Source of the DNA: Octopus vulgaris
Lineage: Eukaryota
Assembly (NCBI GenBank): GCA_951406725.2
Contig: OX597818.1
Span: 133,982,001-134,046,000 of the forward strand
Reading direction: 5' to 3'
Length of the DNA stretch: 64,000 nucleotides
Position numbers and translations under genes: made by a program. The number at the start of each line of letters is the position of its first letter. The stretch's first letter is position 1. Under the pieces are notes generated by a model. The model ran no database searches. It was not told the DNA's origin and worked only from the letters and a program-made list of their open reading frames with translations. This document shows, piece after piece, positions 63,887 through 64,000 of this stretch.

Positions 63887-64000
63887 TCATTGTAAGTAAA
63901 GAATACTCGTCTAAAACCCTATCATACATTTTGTCTTCCTCTCGCATCGGTGTACAAACCTTCGTCTCCAAGGAAATGTCACACTCAATCAACCAGCCTT

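Overview
Eukaryotic, AT-rich, microsatellite- and transposon-saturated genomic DNA. The repeat families look like those of a cephalopod (Octopus); this is my recognition and was not verified by search. The only well-supported gene is the 3' end of the 26S proteasome subunit PSMD2/Rpn1 on the + strand (4 exons, 686-6569), whose last intron has U12 minor-spliceosome signals. A possible first coding exon of a secreted protein lies at 47955-48009. The rest is mobile DNA: several tRNA-headed SINE families that swap heads and tails, non-autonomous Helitrons, hAT/piggyBac/pogo/Merlin-like MITEs, two mariner relics each hit by an LTR element, and Tx1, RTE, CR1-like and RLE-type LINE fragments. Most of the supplied ORFs are repeat artefacts. 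The most interesting observations are a TSD-flanked tRNA-headed SINE carrying a Penelope-type minimal hammerhead ribozyme, further hammerhead-like motifs, SINE tails matching a Tx1 LINE and an RTE LINE present in the same window, head-to-tail SINE multimers inside single TSDs, and recurrent fold-back palindromes. All alignments and coordinates were done by eye.
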